DNA from: Eledone cirrhosa
Lineage: Eukaryota
NCBI GenBank assembly: GCA_964016885.1
Contig: OZ024740.1
Span: 200,756,001 to 200,820,000, forward strand
DNA: 64,000 nucleotides
Reading direction: 5' to 3'
In this document: positions 39,846 through 54,712 of the stretch, piece by piece
How the letters are laid out: every line of letters starts with the position of its first letter
How positions within the stretch are numbered: the first letter of the stretch is position 1
Made by a program: the position numbers and the translations under genes
The notes under the pieces: model-generated
Seen by the model: the letters and a program-made list of their open reading frames with translations, nothing else
What the model was told of the DNA's origin: nothing
Database searches by the model: none

Positions 39846-40186
39846 TGAGGATGGCTCTGAACATTAATCAGTATACACTGAGGATGAAAAACTCAGAGCT
39901 GTATGGGAGCATCCCAAAAGTCACCTCAAAAGTGACACAGAGGAGACTGAGGTTGGCTGGACATGCTCACCGACATCCAGAGTTGACATTGCACTCAGTG
40001 CTCCTTTGGGAGCCCCTACAGGGACACACTAGAAGAGGAAGACTAAGGTTAACATATGTTGATGCCCTAAGGACAGACACTGGTCTGTTGGAGATGCAGG
40101 ATATGGCAGCGATAATGAGGGACAGAGACCGCTGGAGAGAACTCGTCCATGGATCTCGGGAATTTTACCCGCCTTAGATAGATATA
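39846..40186 (+). mobile_element. RTE/RTE-X-type LINE 3' fragment
   Basis: RMALNI..RRLRLAGHAHRHPE..LLWEP..RRGR.RLTYVDAL..DTG; the stop codon runs into a (TAGA)n tail. Confidence 0.8.
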
Positions 40187-40399
40187 TACAGTATATATAT
40201 ATAATATATATAATTTATATATATATATAATATATATATATATATAATATATATAATTTATATATATATATAATATATATAATTTATATATATATATATA
40301 TTATATATATATATAATATATATATTTCGTTTCTGAATTTGTTTAGCAATATATATATATAATATATATATATATAATATATATATATAATTTATATAT

Positions 40400-40447
<48 letters not shown>

Positions 40448-40929
40448 ATATATATATTCAAATATATTACACAAATAAAAGTGTGTTACACAGTGAATTG
40501 TGTGTAAAGAATTATTACAAGTGAGTTTAACCGTTACTGTATAGAGAACAATATCTACAGGTTTAGCAATTAAATAGAAAAAAAATACGTCAGAATCAAA
40601 TAGCTGAATTAGAGTTTTAAATTACCAACCTTATAACTATAAGTTTGCTGATACGAATCTCGTTCGTTTCACCACTGATATGTGCAGTATAACAGTTCAC
40701 AGGATCCTCAGTCAGCAAATGTGGAAACTGTTCACGACACATCTAACCTCATGGATAGAGAGAAAGCTAATATACACGCTGCCAAGAGTAGGGCGAAATC
40801 ACGTGTTATTTGCATCAAATAACGGCTCTCATGGATTGGGGAAAATGCTAGAGAGGGCAGCCCAACCATTCACTTGTAATTAATTATAATATATATATAT
40901 GTATATTTAATATATATACATATATATAA

Positions 40930-41915
40930 CAACTAGAAATTGATTAACATATAAATAAACATATGAAACAATTACAGGGGATAATTTTTACAAGTGTGTA
41001 AGCACACATAGCTAGGTAGGTAACTAAATAAAGTTAACTAGAACTTCAAAAATAGATACCTTATAATATGATTAATCTCCCTTGTAGATATTCCATTAAA
41101 GAAATATATTTCACCAATCAATCGATTGGTAAACGATGGAGGCCGGTACTTGGATTCTCAACATTGTTTCATATGTTTATTTATATGTTAATCAATTTCT
41201 AGTGGCTATAAAATGCTCGGACCTATTCATTAGAAACTTAGAGCCTATTTTACGGGTGATATGGCGCATGCTTTTCTGGCATGACACCCATAATTTTAAT
41301 TTAGATTAAATTCATTTTGATTTATCTTAATTTTGGATATAGATATATAAATACGGCTCCTTAATTGTACAGCTAACTCTGTTGAAAGGACTTGACTGCT
41401 GTTTCTAGTTGTCAATAACCCTATTCACGCCACTGGGACGAAGCTCGTATGATGTGTGTATTTTAGTAGATATAGCACGTGTTACTGGCCAGTCGCTGAT
41501 TTGAACTTAATGTGTAAACACAGATCGCTGGACTTCTTCCTTGTTGAGAATCCCAGTACCGGCCTCCGTCGTTTACCAATCGATTGATTGGTGAAATATA
41601 TTTCTTTAATGGAATATATACAAGGGAGATTAATCATATTATAAGCTATCTATTTTGAAGTTCTAGTTAACTTTATTTATTTACCTACCTATCTATGTGT
41701 GCTTACACACTTGTAAAAATTATCCCCTGTGATTGTTTCATATGTTTATTTATATGTTAATCAATTTCTAGTTGTTATAAAATGCTCGGACCTATTCATT
41801 AGAAACTTAGAGCTTATTTTACGGGTGATATGGTGCATGCCTTTCGGCATGACACCCATAATTTTGATTTAGATTAAATTCATTTTGATTTATCTTAATT
41901 TTGGATATAGATATA
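40930..41915. mobile_element. Inverted + tandem repeat cluster, PLE pseudo-LTR-like, between (TA)n tracts
   Basis: 40930-41163 is the inverse of 41543-41775; 41163-41345 is a direct copy of 41732-41915. Confidence 0.75.
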
Positions 41916-42220
41916 TATATATATATGTATAATATATATATACATATATGATATGTATATATATAATATATATATATTATAATATGTATAGATATATAAT
42001 ATATATATATATATATATACATATATGATATATATATAATATATATATATACATATATGATATATATAATATATATATATATTAGAAAATAGAAGCTTTC
42101 ACCGTATTTTTTTTAATAAAGAAATTTTAGCCTGATAGTGGGGTTTAGAACCCCCAGAGAGATGGAAAAAGATGAGTATTGACGTACATGGACGTCAATA
42201 CTCATCTTTATATATATATA

Positions 42221-42488
42221 TAATTGGTGTTGGATGCTTAAAGCATTTTCCCTGCTTCGTAGAATCGAGACGTATCCGAGGACCGCGCGATTTCAGAGTC
42301 AGGTTAGATAACCACATCGATCGTGCCTCGAGCTGGTAGCCGAGAAACAATTGTAATATGTCCAATAAATTACTTTCGTCGCAACAATGATCTCTTTTTT
42401 CTGTGATATCATACTCTGCTCTGTCAGGGCTTCGAGTTCTCATACGGTCTACCGCATACGCATACGGACACTTTAAGCATCCATCACC

Positions 42489-42493
<5 letters not shown>
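42221..42493. mobile_element. Small element with ~23-bp terminal inverted repeats in (TA)n
   Basis: AATTGGTGTTGGATGCTTAAAG ... CTTTAAGCATCCATCACCAATT. Confidence 0.6.
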
Positions 42494-42560
<67 letters not shown>

Positions 42561-43638
42561 ATAATAATAAAATTGAAGACTAAAATCCAAAGAGGGCTCG
42601 ATAAGGAAAATATATATCAAATATATAAGAACCGTAGAGCAAATATTTATTAAAATAACAGATTAAAGTTTAAGCAAAGAATCGCGGAGGAAGACAGGAA
42701 GACGATACTTTGGTTCGTGGTAACGTTCGCTGGCAAAGAACGGGAAAAAACGAATAATACGTCATTAATAGGAGCGGTGAAAAACAATTACGCGCAAAGA
42801 CAAAACCACGATTATGGTATAAAAGAGGTCGTAGACTAATGTTCTCTTAGGTGGTGCATAGAGACGTTCTCTGGCAATGAACGGTTGAAATCTTATCTTA
42901 GAAATGACATATGATAGTGATCAAAACAAACTGAGCAGAGGATTGGCAGAATTGTTAATATCGAACAAAATGCTGCACTATATCTTTCGAATTTTCACGC
43001 TTTCAAGTTCAGATGCTGCCCTGGTTAACTTTGACTGTTAAATTATGGTACCTGTCAAGTACTGGACTTTTTGGATTACTGATATTGTTCATATGTTCGT
43101 TTTACAAACAGTTTCTATCCAACAAAATTCACTTTCTGTCGAATCACAATTATTGTATTTGAAACTTGTCCAATATGCTATGCAGTGGGGTTAAACCGGA
43201 GACCTGCGAATTTATAATGTTTTCGTATGGGCATAATAGGAATTTTGACACAGATAATAAATAGAAAATATTGGGAATCTTAAAACATCCAGCTACAAAG
43301 AACATTTAGCCATGTCGTTATGGTATGTTTTCTATGCATATTGATATTTTGGTATGAATTACTATATGTTTATGTGGGTGTACGTGTCTATATGTGTATC
43401 TAGGTATATGTATGTATATCTGTATGTATGTGCCTGTATGTATTTAATTCTATATGCATTTATGTATATATATATATAGAGAGAGAGAGAGGGGGGGGGG
43501 AGAGAATTAGAATTTAGCTTCAGGCATAGTTGTATACAGATATGTATCGGAATTTCGTATTTCAGAAGAAATACGGTATGTTTAAAATAAACATTTAGAG
43601 AGCCGTAGCTATGCCTCTCTAAATGTTTATTTTATTTT

Positions 43639-43676
<38 letters not shown>

Positions 43677-43680
<4 letters not shown>

Positions 43681-43720
43681 ATAAACGTGTTTGAATCGTA
43701 AGGACCAACATTGTTTATTC

Positions 43721-43754
<34 letters not shown>

Positions 43755-43799
43755 GAATAAACAATTTTGGTCCTTACGATTCGAAAGCGTTTATGTTTA
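43677..43799. repeat. Palindrome centred on a (TA)n tract
   Basis: AAACATAAACG..TGAATCGTAAGGACCAA.ATTGTTTATTCAATT-(AT)n-reverse complement. Confidence 0.85.
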
Positions 43800-44085
43800 T
43801 ATTAGTGTTAATCTCTCTTGTTTATTCAATTATATTGTCCGGCTCGGAAAAGCTTTTTTTCTTAGAGCTATTTAATTGTAAGAGGCTACTCTGAGTTCTT
43901 AACTAAAACAAAATATATATATATAGTAATAATAACTTGAAGACTAAAATCCAAAGAGGGCTCGATAAGGATAAATATATATCAAATATATAAGAACCGT
44001 AGAGCAAATATATATCCCGTTAAGGGTAAAAGCAGCGATTCGTTGCTTAAACTTTAATCTGTTATTTTAATAAATATAAATATAT

Positions 44086-44649
44086 CTATCTATCTAAGGC
44101 GGGTAAAATTCCCGAGATCCATGGACGAGTTCTCTCCAGCGGTCTCTGTCCCTCATTATCGCTGCCATGTCCTGTGTCTCCAACAGACCAGTGTCTGTGC
44201 TTAGGGCATCAACATACGTTAACCTTGGTCTTCCCCTTCTAGTGTGTCCCTGTAGGGGCTCCCAAAGGAGCACTGAGTGCAATGTCAACTCTGGATGTCG
44301 GTGAGCATGTCCAGCTAACCTCCAGTTAACCTGTATTTGGGAGCAAAGATTGGGAATATGGAAGATGATGTGGTTGAGAGGAAGAGCAAAGCCTAGGCGG
44401 CGTGCCACAGCTTGAGATCGGTGTGGAAGTCGGACCTTCATAAAGACCTGAAAATCCGCCTCTTCATTGCTGTAGTGGAGTCTGTGCTGCTGTATGGGTC
44501 TGAGACTTGGACACTGACCAAGAAACTCACTCAGATGGTGGATGGGTTATACACGAGAATGCTGAGGATGGCTCTGAACATTAATCAGTATACACTGAGG
44601 ATGAAAAACTCAGAGCTGTATGGGAACATCCCAAAAGTCAGCTCAAAAG
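44086..44649 (-). mobile_element. RTE/RTE-X-type LINE with 5' inversion and 12-bp TSD
   Basis: The 3' part is on the minus strand (44086-~44325) and the upstream part on the plus strand (~44330-44649). ATATAAATATAT occurs at 44074-44085 and 44650-44661. Confidence 0.85.
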
Positions 44650-44710
44650 ATATAAATATATATATATATGAAAAGGGGGTAAGGTTCTATATAAAACAGG
44701 CATTATAGAG

Positions 44711-45546
<836 letters not shown>

Positions 45547-45760
45547 AAATGTTAGTACAGCATTAACGAAGCTTTAGTTCTGCGGCCAAGCTAACGAATG
45601 CAAATTAGGTCTGTAGATTTAGCACTCGGATGGGGAAAAGTACCCCAGAGTAATAACAATACTTTTAGACAGCTTTGCAAATCAAATATAGCGATCGGCA
45701 GTCCAGCCGCATCACTAGAGCAACGAAAATACAGGACCCAGGAAAAGATTTTAGACTGTC

Positions 45761-45796
<36 letters not shown>

Positions 45797-45940
45797 GGGG
45801 GGGTATAAATATGTATGTGTGCGTGTGTGTATGTGTGTGTGTGTATGCATTTAAAAGGAAAACAGAAATAAGAGAGCGTACAGTCACAGTACAACGAAGA
45901 AATATATTATTAGTTTTATTCTTGATATAGTAGGAAAGAA

Positions 45941-45976
45941 TTTTAACGTTTCAGATGCCAGTCCTTCGTCGGAAAA
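45941..45976 (-). ncRNA. Variant hammerhead-like motif
   Basis: Minus strand reads TTTT-CCGACGA-AGGACTGGCATCT-GAAA-CGTT-AAAA; the core has a U-to-C change. Confidence 0.35.
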
Positions 45977-47970
45977 TAGAATGAGAAATTGAAGAAATAG
46001 GAATGGGACAGTAGGCAGTGGTAAAGTGGAAAAATAAATTCGTAGAAAAAAAACAGGTCTACTAAAGTCGCTATCTATTTAAAACTTGTTGGTTCTGGCG
46101 TTGTTGTATGAGAACATCAGTTGGTTTCCTTTTAAAGGGGGATGATCGAACGTTTTGTATATAGAGCGTGTACATGTGCACGCGTGGATGTGGGTGTGTG
46201 TGTGTTTGTTATGTGTCCGTACGAAGGTGAGAGGATATGTGTGTGTATATAAGTTTATGAAGGTGTCAGTGTGTGTGTGTTAGTTGTTGGTCCGTTCAGA
46301 GCTGTGAGTTATTGTAGAAGTATGTGGGTGTTGATGTTAGTCTGTACAAGCTGTAAGAGTAAGCATTTTTTAACGTAACACAGCCAAAAGAAGGAACCTA
46401 GGTGGTGAATGTGCGCGCATGTGTGTCAGTGGATGATGTATGGGTAACAGTGACTAGAGGTACAGAAGAAGAAATTGGGGAGGGGAGTTGAGTCCATTAG
46501 GGAAACTAGACACAAGGCGGAAAATCAACTGCTATATCTCACGAGTTTAAATGTTATTAGTTACGTTTTGATGTCAGTTATCTAATGATACTATCAGTCT
46601 AGATATTAGAAATCAATATTATATATATTTATTCGTTAATTTATATGATTGTACCTGAAGATATATATATATATATTTGTTTTTCAGAAGAAAAAGAACG
46701 TTTATGAAATCTATCAACACTTAATCAACTCGATAAAATGATAGTAAGTATTAAAATTATATTTGATGAACGAATATTGCTAACAGCTTTCAGACAAATG
46801 GTGAGATATTATATTCACGATGAAACTGCAGTAAGTACATTAGTGAATGGAGCTAATGACTAAAAGGAAATAGATAAAGAGAAAAAAACTTATGTACATT
46901 GACATTGTACGCAGTAACCTGAACAACAAGGAAACAAGTTGAGCATATAGCGTTGAAAGAAAAGTAAGGAAAATATTAATACACGTGAACAACTAAAGTT
47001 ATATACCAAGTAAAGATTATGGAAATGTATATGAACTGAGAACAAAGTGGAAATAGAGTCAGCATTGAAAGAGAAAGCAAATATTAAAAAAACAGAAAAG
47101 TTGGCCCAATAAACGAAAGCAAAAACTAAATAGACAAAGGAATTTCAGAAATAATTCATGGCGACTAAAAAAATATATGATGAAACAAAAGTGGCTTTGC
47201 CGGGTGTTAAGTAACAAAACTACATTTGAAAAAATGTCTCGAAACAAAAGGCGACATATTAGATGTTTGAAAGACAATATAAAAAGAGAAAAAATCCTGA
47301 AGAAGGTTACATAATGAGTGTAATTGTTATTTCGGATTCTTTACAACTGTTTATTGATCGAAGCAAAGCTGCGACAGAAATATATTCTTTTTTTTTAACT
47401 AGTTTCACTACAATATTTGGAAATATAAGTGAGTGCATATCACTGCTAAATGAGAATACTGACGTGGAAGTAAATTATACCATTTCAAAGTGAGAATAAC
47501 GTTTTCAACGTGAACACGTCTCTTCAATGTGGTAATAGTGATTTCAATGTGAGCACATTTTACTTGAACAACATTTAAACTTAGCTAAGAATAATCTGTC
47601 TTCACATAAAGATGATGTAGCCTGAAAAACCTTATTAGCAAGAGAATATGATGTTATGATATAATAAAGAAATCAGAACGAAATGTTTATTTCCTCGTCT
47701 ATAGAACAATTTCTATAGTATTTTGCCCTGATAAAAATTAACAGAGTATACAGATTCGAAAATCATTGCACGAATGGTTAAACCGATTATTCTGTAAAGT
47801 GGTGTTTGAAATGTCTAGACAGTGTGGAACAAAGAAGATGCCAAAGTCCATCGTTATTTATTATCAACTTATATTTTGTTTGTTGTCAGCTCGTTGATTA
47901 TTATTATTAGAAAAGAAAGTAGAAAAAAAAAAGTAGAATCAATTATTATTATTATTCCCTCAACAACTTA

Positions 47971-48160
47971 GGGCGGTGGATTGGCAGTATCGGTAGAGGG
48001 TCGGACGCCATGCTTTGAGTTTAAATCCCGCCGAGGTAAACTTTTTCCTTTCATCCTTACGGGGTCGATCAAATAAAGTACCAGTCACACACTGGGGTCG
48101 ATTTAATCGACTCCTCCCCACCAAATTACTGGCCTTATGCCTATATAAGAAACCATTATT
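47971..48160 (+). mobile_element. SINE family 1 with internal deletion
   Basis: GGGCGGTGGATTGGCAGTATCGGTAGAGGG...GGCCTTATGCC..GAAACCATTATT; imperfect duplication ATTATTCCC(C)TCA.CAAC. Confidence 0.85.
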
Positions 48161-48305
48161 CCCTCATCAACGTTTTCAAGTTTCCCTTGGAAAAGGTGAG
48201 AGTGGAGAGAGAAGTGCTGTCCCCCATTTGCACGTGGATGGGCCTACTTTAAGCATGCGCCTATAGGCTGGTTAACTTGAGGAGGAGCCCGGTGCCCTTC
48301 CCTCT
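48161..48305 (+). mobile_element. Fragment of the Tx1-type family (end of ORF2)
   Basis: CCCTCATCAAC.TTTTCAAGTTTC.CTTGGAAA..GGTGAG.GTGGAGAGAGAAGTGCTG matches the reverse complement of 61070-61140. Confidence 0.7.
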
Positions 48306-48730
48306 TTCTTTGAAGGCAGACTGGAAGAGTCTTCTCGAGAAAACTCACTTTCCTAGATGTCATAGCGCGCAACTCAAGAATTGATATCAATTAACTTGGA
48401 GTTGCGATGAATAAGAGAGAGGTATGAAATTCGATAGTACTGTGAATCCTGATTGATTGGGATTGGTTGTTCAACCACGTTGAACGATGATGATGCGATT
48501 GTTATGAATGTGGTCAGTTAATAGATTGTTAATAAAGTGCCTTGTTATTTGACTTATGAAAACTTATAATTCACTAGATAAACTCACATTGCTCACATTA
48601 CGAATAATGTTATGATGTTTTGATGTTATATTTTCTAATAAGAACATCTGATTGTGTTAATTTCACTTTGAAATAGTTAAACACACTTAGAATTTCAAAT
48701 ATTGTATTATATTATTTTTACATCTTCTAG

Positions 48731-48788
48731 GAGCTTAGTCAGGGACAGAAGAACAGCATGCATGAATTTTTGTTGAGGTCTGAGACTG
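48731..48788 (+). CDS. Possible 58-nt internal exon (ELSQGQKNSMHEFLLRSET)
   Basis: TTTTTACATCTTCTAG acceptor, open frame and G|GTAAGA donor; no recognised homology. Confidence 0.2.
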
Positions 48789-49619
48789 GTAAGAGAAAAC
48801 GAAGTACTTTCCCTCATACCGGCAACCTTGCCCAAATGCATACAACGGCATGGAGTCCGCTAAGGGTAGCCAAGAATCAGGTGGTAGTGTTGAACTGAGG
48901 GATGGATTAAGTCTGCTATCCTAGAACACAAATATTTACTTCGACAGTTTTCCATACAATTTGTGGCTACAAGATATCAGTCACAACATTTTAGTAAACC
49001 CAACTCAAAATTATAGTAAAATACATTCTTCGAGATTGTCACACAGTAGGATTGAACCCAAAAGGAAATTATCTAATTTCTGAAAAGAAATTTTTAATTA
49101 CACAAATCTCCCCGAGATTGTGATAATCTCCAATAAAATAACTCCTGTAGCGCTGAATAATCTTCAGAGAGGAATCTACTTAGTTGAGGATAATTAGCAA
49201 TTTTTATATCTTCTATCAATAAAGCTAACATCCACATCTAAATACTTTGATCTTTTCTTGCGAAACTATTTGAGCTTTAAAATAATTTGTCAATCTCTTG
49301 ATCTCGATGGCGATCAGGGATATCATTTTGGTAGTTGTAATTGATTCTGGGATTATAATTAGAAAGGGCAATACATTCAATAGTTTCATGTTGTCTAACA
49401 GCTGGAAGTTATGTAATAGCCAGTACATTGAGAATAAAAATTACCCAGATGATGTGATCGTTAAAAGGTCCCATTTTATTTCTTTGATATTCACAAGCTG
49501 TCGTTTAATAAACCGAACGTTACTTCTTTGATAGATTAAGCCTCGCCCACCCCAGAACATAGAAAGTGAAGAATTTAAATAGCACCAGAAATAGGCAGAT
49601 TGAGACTAGTCTAGAATAT

Positions 49620-49960
49620 AATGGACTTCCATCGGTTTCAAGGATGAGTAATTCAGTTGGGCGATAAATGAAAAGCTTGCTCGTACAATTAACGTGTAAA
49701 CGGTTAAGTATTCCACAAACATGTGTTCCCTTAACAGAATTATCAGGAAGATTCTATTCAGTGTGACAGTGTGTGACAAGGCTGACACTTTGAATTACAG
49801 GTACAGTCCATCTGACGTGATTCCGAACAATTTTCATCTACCCCATTTCACTCACATGACTTGGGTCGACTCCCTTATCCAAGATGCTCCATAATGGGAT
49901 AAAACTTGGAAACTTATGATTGCGAAGCGAAATTCTTAACCATTTCGCCATTCCTGCATC
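49620..49960 (-). mobile_element. SINE family 2, diverged copy
   Basis: Similar to 2101-2460 and 12830-13180. Confidence 0.55.
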
Positions 49961-50381
49961 TAATTCCCCAACATACATACGCTGGATATGTGTATATGTA
50001 TGCTGGATACGAATCAGTGGCACTTGTTTGTTGTACATTCTGCTGGAATCCAAACTACTTTGTTTTGATGTAAGAGTATTTATTCTGGCTATATTCTGCT
50101 AAACTCGTTAAACCTGGCAACTGAAGCTAATATTATGCGATAATTTAGAAACGCTTTCAGTTTAGTCAACATTAAAAGTGAAGTAGTTGTTAAAAATAGT
50201 CCACAATATTAGTGATTAATAGTTTCAAGTGCATGCACAGTGAAGGTAAATATTTTGAGCGATTATAATTTTCTGTAATCAATAGATTATGTTTTCTATT
50301 TTCATACCCCATGGATAAATAGTTAAAAATCAATAAGTATAAGTAGACAGAATTCAAGCAACACGGATGAAAGACGTATTA

Positions 50382-53300
50382 GTCAGCTTACATCTACATG
50401 TGATAGTCAGCTATTATTGACATGTGTCAGCTTACATCTACATGTGATAGTCAGCTATTATTGACATGTGTCAGCTTACATCTACAGGTGATAGTCAGCT
50501 ATTATTGACATGTGTCAGCTTATATCTACATGTGATAGTCAGCTATTATTGACAGTGTTAGGTTACATCTACATGTGATAGTCAGCTATTATTGACATGT
50601 GTCAGCTTACATCTACAGGTGATAGTCAGCTATTATTGACAGTGTTAGGTTACATCTACATGTGATAGTCAGCTATTATTGACATGTGTCAGCTTACATC
50701 TACAGGTGTTAGTCAACTATTATTGACATGTGTCAGCTTATATCTACATGTGCTAGTCAGCTATTATTGACAGTGTTAGGTTACATCTACATGTGATAGT
50801 CAGCTATTATTGACATGTGTCAGCTTACATCTACAGGTGTTAGTCAACTATTATTGACATGTGTCAGCTTATATCTACATGTGCTAGTCAGCTATTATTG
50901 ACATGTGTCAGCTTACATCTACATGTGATAGTCAGCTATTATTGACATGTGTCAGCTTACATCTACATGTGCTAGTCAGCTATTATTGACATGTGTCAGC
51001 TTACATCTACATGTGCTAGTCAGCTATTATTGACATGTGTCAGCTTACATCTACATGTGATAGTCAGCTATTATTGACATGTGTTAGGTTACATCTACAT
51101 GTGATAGTCAGCTATTATTGACATGTGTCAGCTTACATCTACAGGTGATAGTCAGCTATTATTGACATGTGTTAGGTTACATCTACATGTGATAGTCAGC
51201 TATTATTGACATGTGTCAGCTTACATCTACAGGTGATAGTCAGCTATTATTGACATGTGTCAGCTTACATCTACATGTGCTAGTCAGCTATTATTGACAT
51301 GTGTTAGGTTACATCTACATGTGATAGTCAGCTATTATTGACATGTGTCAGCTTACATCTACATGTGATAGTCAGCTATTATTGACATGTGTTAAGTTAC
51401 ATCTACATGTGATAGTCAGCTATTATTGACATGTGTCAGCTTACATCCACATGTGTTAGTCAACTATTATTGACACGTGTCAGATTACATCTACATGTGA
51501 TAGTCAGCTATTATTGACATGTGTTAGCTTGCACCTACATGTGCTAGTCAACTATTATTGACATGTGTTAGCTTACATCTACATGTGATAGTCAGCTATT
51601 ATTGACATGTATCAGCTTACATCTACATGTGATAGTCAGCTATTATTGACATGTGTCAGCTTACATCTACATGTGATAGTCAGCTATTATTGACATGTGT
51701 TAGCTTACATCTACATGTGCTAGTCAGCTATTATTGACATGTGTCAGCTTATATCTACATGTGCTAGTCAGCTATTATTGACAGTGTTAGGTTACATCTA
51801 CATGTGATAGTCAGCTATTATTGACATGTGTCAGCTTACATCTACATGTGCTAGTCAGCTATTATTGACATGTGTCAGCTTACATCTACATGTGATAGTC
51901 AGCTATTATTGACATGTGTCAGCTTATATCTACATGTGCTAGTCAGCTATTATTGACAGTGTTAGGTTACATCTACATGTGATAGTCAGCTATTATTGAC
52001 ATGTGTCAGCTTACATCTACATGTGCTAGTCAGCTATTATTGACATGTGTCAGCTTACATCTACAGGTGTTAGTCAACTATTATTGACATGTGTCAGCTT
52101 ATATCTACATGTGCTAGTCAGCTATTATTGACATGTGTCAGCTTACATCTACATGTGATAGTCAGCTATTATTGACATGTGTCAGCTTACATCTAGATGT
52201 GATAGTCAGCTATTATTGACATGTGTCAGCTTACATCTACAGGTGATAGTCAGCTATTATTGACATGTGTCAGCTTACATCTACATGTGCTAGTCAGCTA
52301 TTATTGACATGTGTTAGGTTACATCTACATGTGATAGTCAGCTATTATTGACATGTGTCAGCTTACATCTACATGTGATAGTCAGCTATTATTGACATGT
52401 GTTAAGTTACATCTACATGTGATAGTCAGCTATTATTGACATGTGTCAGCTTACATCCACATGTGTTAGTCAACTATTATTGACACGTGTCAGATTACAT
52501 CTATATGTGATAGTCAGCTATTATTGACATGTGTTAGCTTACACCTACATGTGCTAGTCAACTATTATTGACATGTGTTAGCTTACATCTACATGTGATA
52601 GTCAGCTATTATTGACATGTGTCAGCTTACATCTACATGTGATAGTCAGCTATTATTGACATGTGTTAGCTTACATCTACATGTGCTAGTCAGCTATTAT
52701 TGACATGTGTCAGCTTATATCTACATGTGCTAGTCAGCTATTATTGACAGTGTTAGGTTACATCTAAATGTGATAGTCAGCTATTATTGACATGTGTCAG
52801 CTTACATCTACATGTGCTAGTCAGCTATTATTGACATGTGTCAGCTTACATCTACATGTGATAGTCAGCTATTATTGACATGTGTCAGCTTATATCTACA
52901 TGTGCTAGTCAGCTATTATTGACATGTGTTAGCTTACATCTACATGTGCTAGTCAACTATTATTGACATGTGTTAGCTTACATCTACATGTGCTAGTCAA
53001 CTATTATTGACATGTGTTAGCTTACCTCTACATGTGCTAGTCAGCTATTATTTACCTGTATTAGCTTACCTCTACATGTGATATTCAGCTATTATTTACC
53101 TGTATTAGCTTACTTCTACAGGTGTAAGTCAGCTATTATTTACAAGTATTAATCAGCTCAGGTCTCCAAGTGTTAGGCAACTATTTCTTACAGTTTTGTC
53201 AGCTTGTTTGTACAGGTGTTAGCTATTATTTACAGGTGTTAATCAGCTTGTGGGTGCAGGTGTTAGCTATTATTTAAAGGTGTTAATTTATATTTACTGT
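50382..53300. repeat. 44-bp tandem satellite, ~60 homogeneous units plus a degenerate right edge
   Basis: Unit GTCAGCTTACATCTACATGTGATA + GTCAGCTATTATTGACATGT; no spacers; no ORF reported over the array. Confidence 0.97.
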
Positions 53301-54712
53301 TATTAGTTATATATACAAGTGCTAATCCTCTCATATTTATACGCGTTAATCAGTTAATGTCGACAATGAATTCCTCTTCAAAAGCAACATCAAATGATGA
53401 ACAAAGTAATAGTAAGCAAAGAATAAATGAAACTGTTATTTCTTAAAACTTTACCTGGACAGTTAGCCAGGTAGATTCTATGTTGGATGTGGGAAGGTTA
53501 TAAGTAAATTAAGTTATAATCCTGCTAAGGTAAAGCAACATTTAGAGCAAATACATGCAAATTAAAGAAAAAAAAACTAAATGAAGAATATTTTAAAATG
53601 AACTACTTGGAATTGTGTCAATAAAATACGTCAATAAAAAGGAAAGGATAAGCGCTGATCATCTGATCAGACCAAGGAAATAATATTTCTATAGGACTCT
53701 TCACTGGCGATATCTGCCGGATACAACTAATGATAGAAGGAATACATAGATAGCATTCTATCCGTTTCATTAACAATTTTGCCAGTCCACTGCGACAGGT
53801 ACTTTGGACTCATACTTTATCGACTCCGGAAGTAAAGTCGAAGTAACGCGACTTGAAAGAAACGTCAACTCTCTAATGCTTCTAGCAAGTTGCCGCCATT
53901 ATGTCAAAAAACAAAACAAAATAGCCTTACTTACTTCATGTCATAGTGGTAAACGACTGGTAAAAGCAGGTGAATATATACAATTAATAAAAAGCTTAAT
54001 AAAGTCCTGTTCAAAGGTTGAATATCACGTCGCAAAACATAATTTGGTATGAAAAAATCAAAAGGAAAACAAGCGTCAGTTATAAACTTCAGTAAGAATT
54101 AAAAACGTAGTGAAGATGGGCACGAGATTTAGCCAGAAGTGAACAAATGATGGACAAGGAGAACCACAGAGGAGATTCTATGATAGTGACGGATAAGGAC
54201 GGGCATACACGGGGAGAGATGTAGGGACAATATCAAAGAACACATGAAAGGGATCAAGGGAGACAGGACTATTTGAACAAGAATGAATGGAGAAAAGGGA
54301 ATGGGAAAGGGTGAAGGATACGCCTAGCAGTTGACTATTATACTTTAACGATATAAATTGTCATAAATATAATTTGCCGCTTTCTAATGGCCCAGGTTTT
54401 AGTTGTAATCATGAAATGTTAGATATCTGTGAAACTACAAGGCAGGTTAGTAGAAGCTCAACGGTCTCTAATTAAATGGCTGAGTTTTCTTGCCTTGTCG
54501 TCTCTATACGAATGCCCTAGTGTTCGTATTAGGATAAATGGTGCAAAGTCAAAACCATGCAACGTTACAGGAACTGATGCAGAAATGCAATAGCTTTAGA
54601 TTTCAAACATCACTATTTTCAATGAGATATTCGTTTGTTGTACAACATCCATATGTTCGGCTGGTCTCACTTGGGGATCCAGCCAGATCAATTGGAGACG
54701 CTGAAACTGAAA

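Larger units (their letters stand above)
38303..40557. repeat. Inverted ~105-bp arms (38303-38410, 40451-40557) enclosing nested insertions
   Basis: TAGATATTGTTCTCTATACAGTAACGGT... vs ...ACCGTTACTGTATAGAGAACAATATCTA. Confidence 0.8.

Noticed and set aside
46688-46743. Exon-like segment with strong AG/GTAAGT signals
   Set aside because: Stop codons in all three frames.
50382-53040. CRISPR-like array
   Set aside because: Units are contiguous with no unique spacers, no cas genes are present, and the context is eukaryotic.
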